Below are positions 28,101-32,000 of a DNA stretch of 32,000 nt, piece by piece (the first letter of the stretch is position 1; every line of letters starts with the position of its first letter). The translations under genes and the position numbers were made by a program. Location: NCBI GenBank assembly GCA_942491975.1, contig CALOCY010000004.1, positions 1,193,762 to 1,225,761 of the forward strand, read 5' to 3'. The notes below the pieces were generated by a model. It made no database searches. It was not told the origin of the DNA and saw only the letters and a program-made list of their open reading frames with translations. The stretch is from an uncultured Prolixibacteraceae bacterium. GTDB taxonomy: Bacteria > Bacteroidota > Bacteroidia > Bacteroidales > Prolixibacteraceae.

Positions 28101-31097
28101 CTTACCACACTGGCCTATGGCGACAGCACCACTTTTACGGTGCGCTTTACGCCCACATCGGAAGGGGGCAAAACGGCAACCATAGCCATTGGAAACAACG
28201 ACAGTGATGAGAACACCTACGACCTGGCCATTACCGGCACAGGGACCATACACACCTATGTTGATTTTGATGATATAACTACAGAAGCAAGTGCTGCTGC
28301 CCCCAGTGGCTATAAAGGATTTAGCGGATGGGGCACTGTTAAAAGCGATGCAAGTACAGGCCTTAATTCACCTTCGGGTAATTATCAGTCAACATATTAT
28401 CATAATCTTACTCATATAAGCACTATTTCAGGAACATTTAACCTGATTTCTTTAATGGCTGCAAGAGATCCCTCCAGTGGAAATATGACTGTTGATGTTA
28501 AGGGATATAATGGTAGCACGGAAGTAGCGAGCACCTCTTTTACGTTGACATCAACCACTTATCAGACCATAACCTTTACAGGATTTAACAACCTGACTAA
28601 AATCACGCTTGAAAGCAACATACACAGTGACTCCTGGTATATTGACGAGTTTGCATTCAATAAGGAGACAGAAATTAATATTGTCGGGAACGGGAATGAT
28701 ATTGTGAACAGGGATGTCTTCCCTTCCACCAGTGATGGTACCGATTTTGGAAGCCACGATATCGGGGCAGGCAGTATTACCCACACTTTTACCATAGAAA
28801 ACGGCGGTTCAAAAGAACTAACCCTCACGGGGGCAAACCCGGTGGCACACAGCAATGCCACCGATTTTACCATTACGCAACCCGATTCGTCATCGCTATT
28901 GCAAGGCAATTCATGCCCTTTTACCATATCGTTCGACCCTGTTACCACAGGTATAAAAAGAGATACCATAACCATTGCCAATAATGACCCGAATGATAAT
29001 CCGTATATTTTTCTTGTTCACGGCGAAGGGGTTATAATACCCGAGATAGCCATATCGGGCAGTGAAAATGCTATTGCAGATGGGGATACAACCCCCGACA
29101 CAGCAGACGGCACCGATTTTGGGGATGCAGATATCCTAAACGAGACAGTTGTTAATACATTTATCATTACTAACTCGGGATCGGACACCCTCTTCCTGAC
29201 CGATGCAGATCCTTACATAACACTTACAGGCGATACTGCTGATTTCTCGGTATCGCTAACACCTTCCGATACGATTTTACCAGGTGGCGATACAACCACA
29301 TTCCGCATAACGTTTGACCCGACAGTAACGGGTACACGATCAGCTACAGTGAGCATTGCCAACAATGACGGTGACGAAGATCCATACACCTTCGATATTG
29401 AAGGTAACGGTACTACGGCCCCCGAAATGGCCATCACAGGTAATGGAAATACCATTGCTGACGGGGATACCATCCCGGATATAACCGACTATACCGATTT
29501 TAGCAGTGTAGATGTCGATTCTACGAGCCTCGAACACTGGTATGTTATTGAAAACTCCGGATCGGACACCCTCTTCCTGACCGGTACCGATCCTTACGTA
29601 ACACTTACAGGGGATACAGCTGATTTCTCGTTGTCACAAGTACCCGGGGACACGATTCTTCCGGAAGGGGGAACCACCACGTTCCGCATAACATTCGACC
29701 CGACAATAGTGGGACCGCGATCGGCTACGGTAAGCATTGCCAATAATGATAGCGATGAGAACCCTTACAACTTCAAAATTCAGGGGATAGGACAAGGTGC
29801 GCCTGTGCTGGACAATATTGAAACCACAGCCTTGGTATATGACGAAGGGACAGGTTCACAGGCCATAACCGGCACTATCACGATCGAAGATAATGACGAC
29901 ACCCACCTTGAAAGTGCGGTAATCGAAATATCGGCAAACTACCTGAATAGCGAGGATGTACTGGTATTCACCAATACGACAAACATCACCGGTGTATGGG
30001 ATGGGACAACCGGTATATTGACCCTGGCCGGTACCGACACCAAAGAGAACTACCAGACAGCACTGCGAAATGTAAAATACAACAACATTAATACGGAAAA
30101 TCCCGATACGTTAACCCGTACCATTTCACTCCTTGTAAATGATGGCACTTATGAAAGTAATACCGTTACACGGGATATTGAAGTGAACCGCATGAACAAC
30201 AATGCCCCGGTTATAGCTCCCGGTCAGGTGTTCTCTGTTGATGAAAACAGTCCGATAGATACCCCTCTGGGCACTATATCTGTTGATGATTTAGATGAAG
30301 GGACTGTCTACCAGGACTGGATAATAAATGTAAATACTGACGGCGATAACAATATGGCTTTCAGGGTAAATGGTAGTGGCATCATGGTTGTAAACGACGT
30401 TGATGAGATCGATGCTGAAGTAAATGCCTCATTTTCGGCACAGGTAACCGTAAGCGATGGCGTAAATACCAGTGGGGCCGTGACCGTTACAATCAATATC
30501 AACGACCTGAACGATGTTACCCCTGTTGTTGATGCCGCCCAATCTTTCACCATAGATGAAGGCCCGGCATTGGGGACACTTATTGGGACTATACAGGCCG
30601 GTGACGGGGATATCACCCCGGTTACGCTTACCGACTGGACAATCACCACCAATGCCGATCCCAACAGCAACGGGACAGATGCTCTTGCCATTGATACGGA
30701 AAATGGTCAGCTATCGGTAAATGACCCGGATGATTTTAGTGTTGAAGCCGATTCTGCTTTTAATATCGCAATAACCGTAAGTGATGGCGAACTGGTCAGC
30801 CTGCCTGAAAGCATCACAATCAATGTAAAAGACACAACAGTTATCACTTCATCGGGGATACTTGAGTTATCGGATGTTAACGTCTATCCCAACCCGGCCA
30901 ATGATATATTGAACGTGAAAGTTGACAAACCATGTGTAATCCGCTTATTTGATACTGCAGGTAATGTAGTACTTGAACGCAAATTTGCAGGAGGCACACA
31001 GGAGATTGATGTGAAAGCACTCACACCGGCCATCTATTACCTGGAAATTCAGGCAGACAACAAAAAAACTGTCAGAAAAATAGTGGTTACAAAATAA
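25200..31097 (+). CDS. Giant secreted T9SS cargo protein (1965 aa)
   Basis: Signal peptide [23 protein letters not shown]. An uncharacterised ~130-aa module occurs three times. There are nine units of the pattern DFG...TFTIxNxG...LxLTG...TTFxVxFxPTxxGxKTAxIxIANNDxDENPYxFxIxGxG (choice-of-anchor D / ASH-like). A conserved adhesin module follows (LVYDEG...[14 protein letters not shown]...LLVNDG). Two cadherin-like units carry VDENSP and [13 protein letters not shown]. The C-terminus [12 protein letters not shown]...[22 protein letters not shown] is a T9SS sorting domain. ATG 25200 is preferred over TTG 25182. Confidence 0.9.
   Translation: [1965 protein letters not shown]
25269..29039 (+). repeat. 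In-frame tandem super-repeat, period ~1.5 kb (two full copies plus a partial third)
   Basis: Unit starts are at 25269, 26751 and 28257. Sub-domain starts are 25650/27168/28668, 26031/27540 and 26397/27903, giving offsets of 1500-1518 bp. Example exact shared run: GATTTTACCATTACACAACCCTCT at 25845 and 27363. Confidence 0.85.
29040..29801 (+). repeat. 381-bp in-frame tandem duplication (two choice-of-anchor-D units)
   Basis: Units start at 29040 and 29421. A 25-nt exact run, GGATCGGACACCCTCTTCCTGACCG, occurs at 29178 and 29559. Similarity is high through the rest of the unit. Confidence 0.85.
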
Positions 31098-31105
31098 GCT
31101 AAAAG

Positions 31106-31144
31106 AAAGCCCTCTTTATCGAACGGATAGAGGGGGCTTTGTTT
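31106..31144 (+). terminator. Rho-independent terminator after the giant gene
   Basis: AAAGCCCTCTTTATC (31106-31120) pairs with GATAGAGGGGGCTTT (31126-31140) over 15 bp, including two G-U pairs. The loop is GAACG and GTTT follows. Confidence 0.7.
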
Positions 31145-31257
31145 AAAATTCCAACTAAACCGATGAATGAAATTCGTTTAAAAAAAGTATTTATATGGGA
31201 ATATGGGGTTTTAACCATTTTCCAGAATTAATAAAAAATCTAAACCACCCATCCGCC

Positions 31258-32000
31258 ATGAAAAAAAATCTATTCTGCCTGCTGGCTGTTTTTTATGTAA
31301 TCGTTGCATCAAATGTTTCTGCCTATGCTGTTGACCTGGTTGTATCAGGAGATATAACACCAGCCAGCGCAAAGGGGACTTATATTCCAAACGGGACGCT
31401 GTATGGGCACGATTCGTGGAAACGACAAGCTCACCCGGATACCTGCTATTACATTTATTATGATGAATACGGTGGCTCTTACTATTGGAACATTGATCTT
31501 GACACTGATGATACTGAAATTCTATTTTATTCTGAATCAAACCCGCCGGACAATTCACCGGTAAATGTATCGTCATGGGACGATTTCTCCGGATCTATTG
31601 CTTCCGGTATCCCTGTAGTGGAAGAGGCTTATGTCTCCGGCCCGGAGATCACTGTAGAAGGAAAGCTTACTGCTATAACAGACGGAGATGCTACCCCGGT
31701 CCTTGATGACCATACCCACTTTGGCTCCATAGACATTTCGTCCGGTACCATTGTACGGACGTTTACGATAAAAAACAGCGGGGATGCCGTGTTAAACATA
31801 TCCGGGGTGACTATTGGCGGCACAGATGCTGGCTCGTTTAGCCTGTCTGCCCCCCCGGCTTCTTCTGTTGCAATCTCCGGCAGCACTACATTTAACATTA
31901 CATTCGACCCTTCCACGGAAGGCGCACATGAAGCCACAATTTCGATTGCCAACGATGACTCCGATGAGAGTCCCCACAACTTTAGCATAAAAGGTTACGG
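31258..32000 (+). CDS. Secreted protein with a Tyr/Asp-rich N-terminal domain and a choice-of-anchor-D unit; 5' part only, continues beyond the window
   Basis: Translated by hand from ATG 31258: [24 protein letters not shown] (signal peptide) ...[22 protein letters not shown]... then [69 protein letters not shown]...[39 protein letters not shown]. The frame stays open to the window end. It is absent from the ORF track, presumably because no stop codon is reached. Confidence 0.8.
   Translation, partial: [247 protein letters not shown]

Noticed and set aside
25269-29801. Periodic repeats that might be mistaken for a CRISPR-like or other non-coding array
   Set aside because: The periods are 381 bp and ~1.5 kb, and the repeats are in-frame and protein-coding. 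There is no short repeat-spacer organisation and no cas genes.
31211-31988. Two minus-strand ORFs (31211-31576 and 31629-31988) listed in the track
   Set aside because: The plus strand carries an uninterrupted ORF from ATG 31258 with a signal peptide and a clear choice-of-anchor-D unit. The minus-strand ORFs are antisense artefacts.

Overview
The window reads as an ordinary chromosomal segment of a Bacteroidota genome. The clues are two type IX secretion (T9SS) C-terminal sorting domains, many lipobox lipoproteins, and exact TAnnTTTG -7 promoter boxes. I support 21 protein-coding genes and one tRNA-Arg(UCU). From left to right: a Calx-beta-like lipoprotein; a secreted M6 metalloprotease (T9SS cargo); a two-gene split LysO/DUF340 exporter; a GH2 beta-galactosidase plus GH63-like hydrolase pair; a cysteate-synthase-like PLP enzyme; an outer-membrane beta-barrel; TtcA; a DAACS symporter; the tRNA; a TPR/PD40/SPOR envelope protein; an MFS transporter; an RsmI-like methyltransferase; RhaD; a membrane-domain-NUDIX fusion; FKBP; NrnA; Ndk; a long class-V PLP enzyme; a 1965-aa repeat-built T9SS cargo protein; and the start of a second related cargo gene that the ORF track misses because it runs off the window. 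I found no CRISPR array, transposase, integrase, phage genes, or recognisable defence or toxin-antitoxin module. The most unusual content is the adhesin-like locus at 25.2-32 kb. It is built from 1.5-kb super-repeats that contain an uncharacterised ~130-aa module. Two domain-architecture oddities also stand out: a PorE-like protein that ends in SPOR instead of OmpA_C, and an IspZ/YciB-like membrane domain fused to NUDIX. All family assignments come from motifs read by eye. No database search was run.
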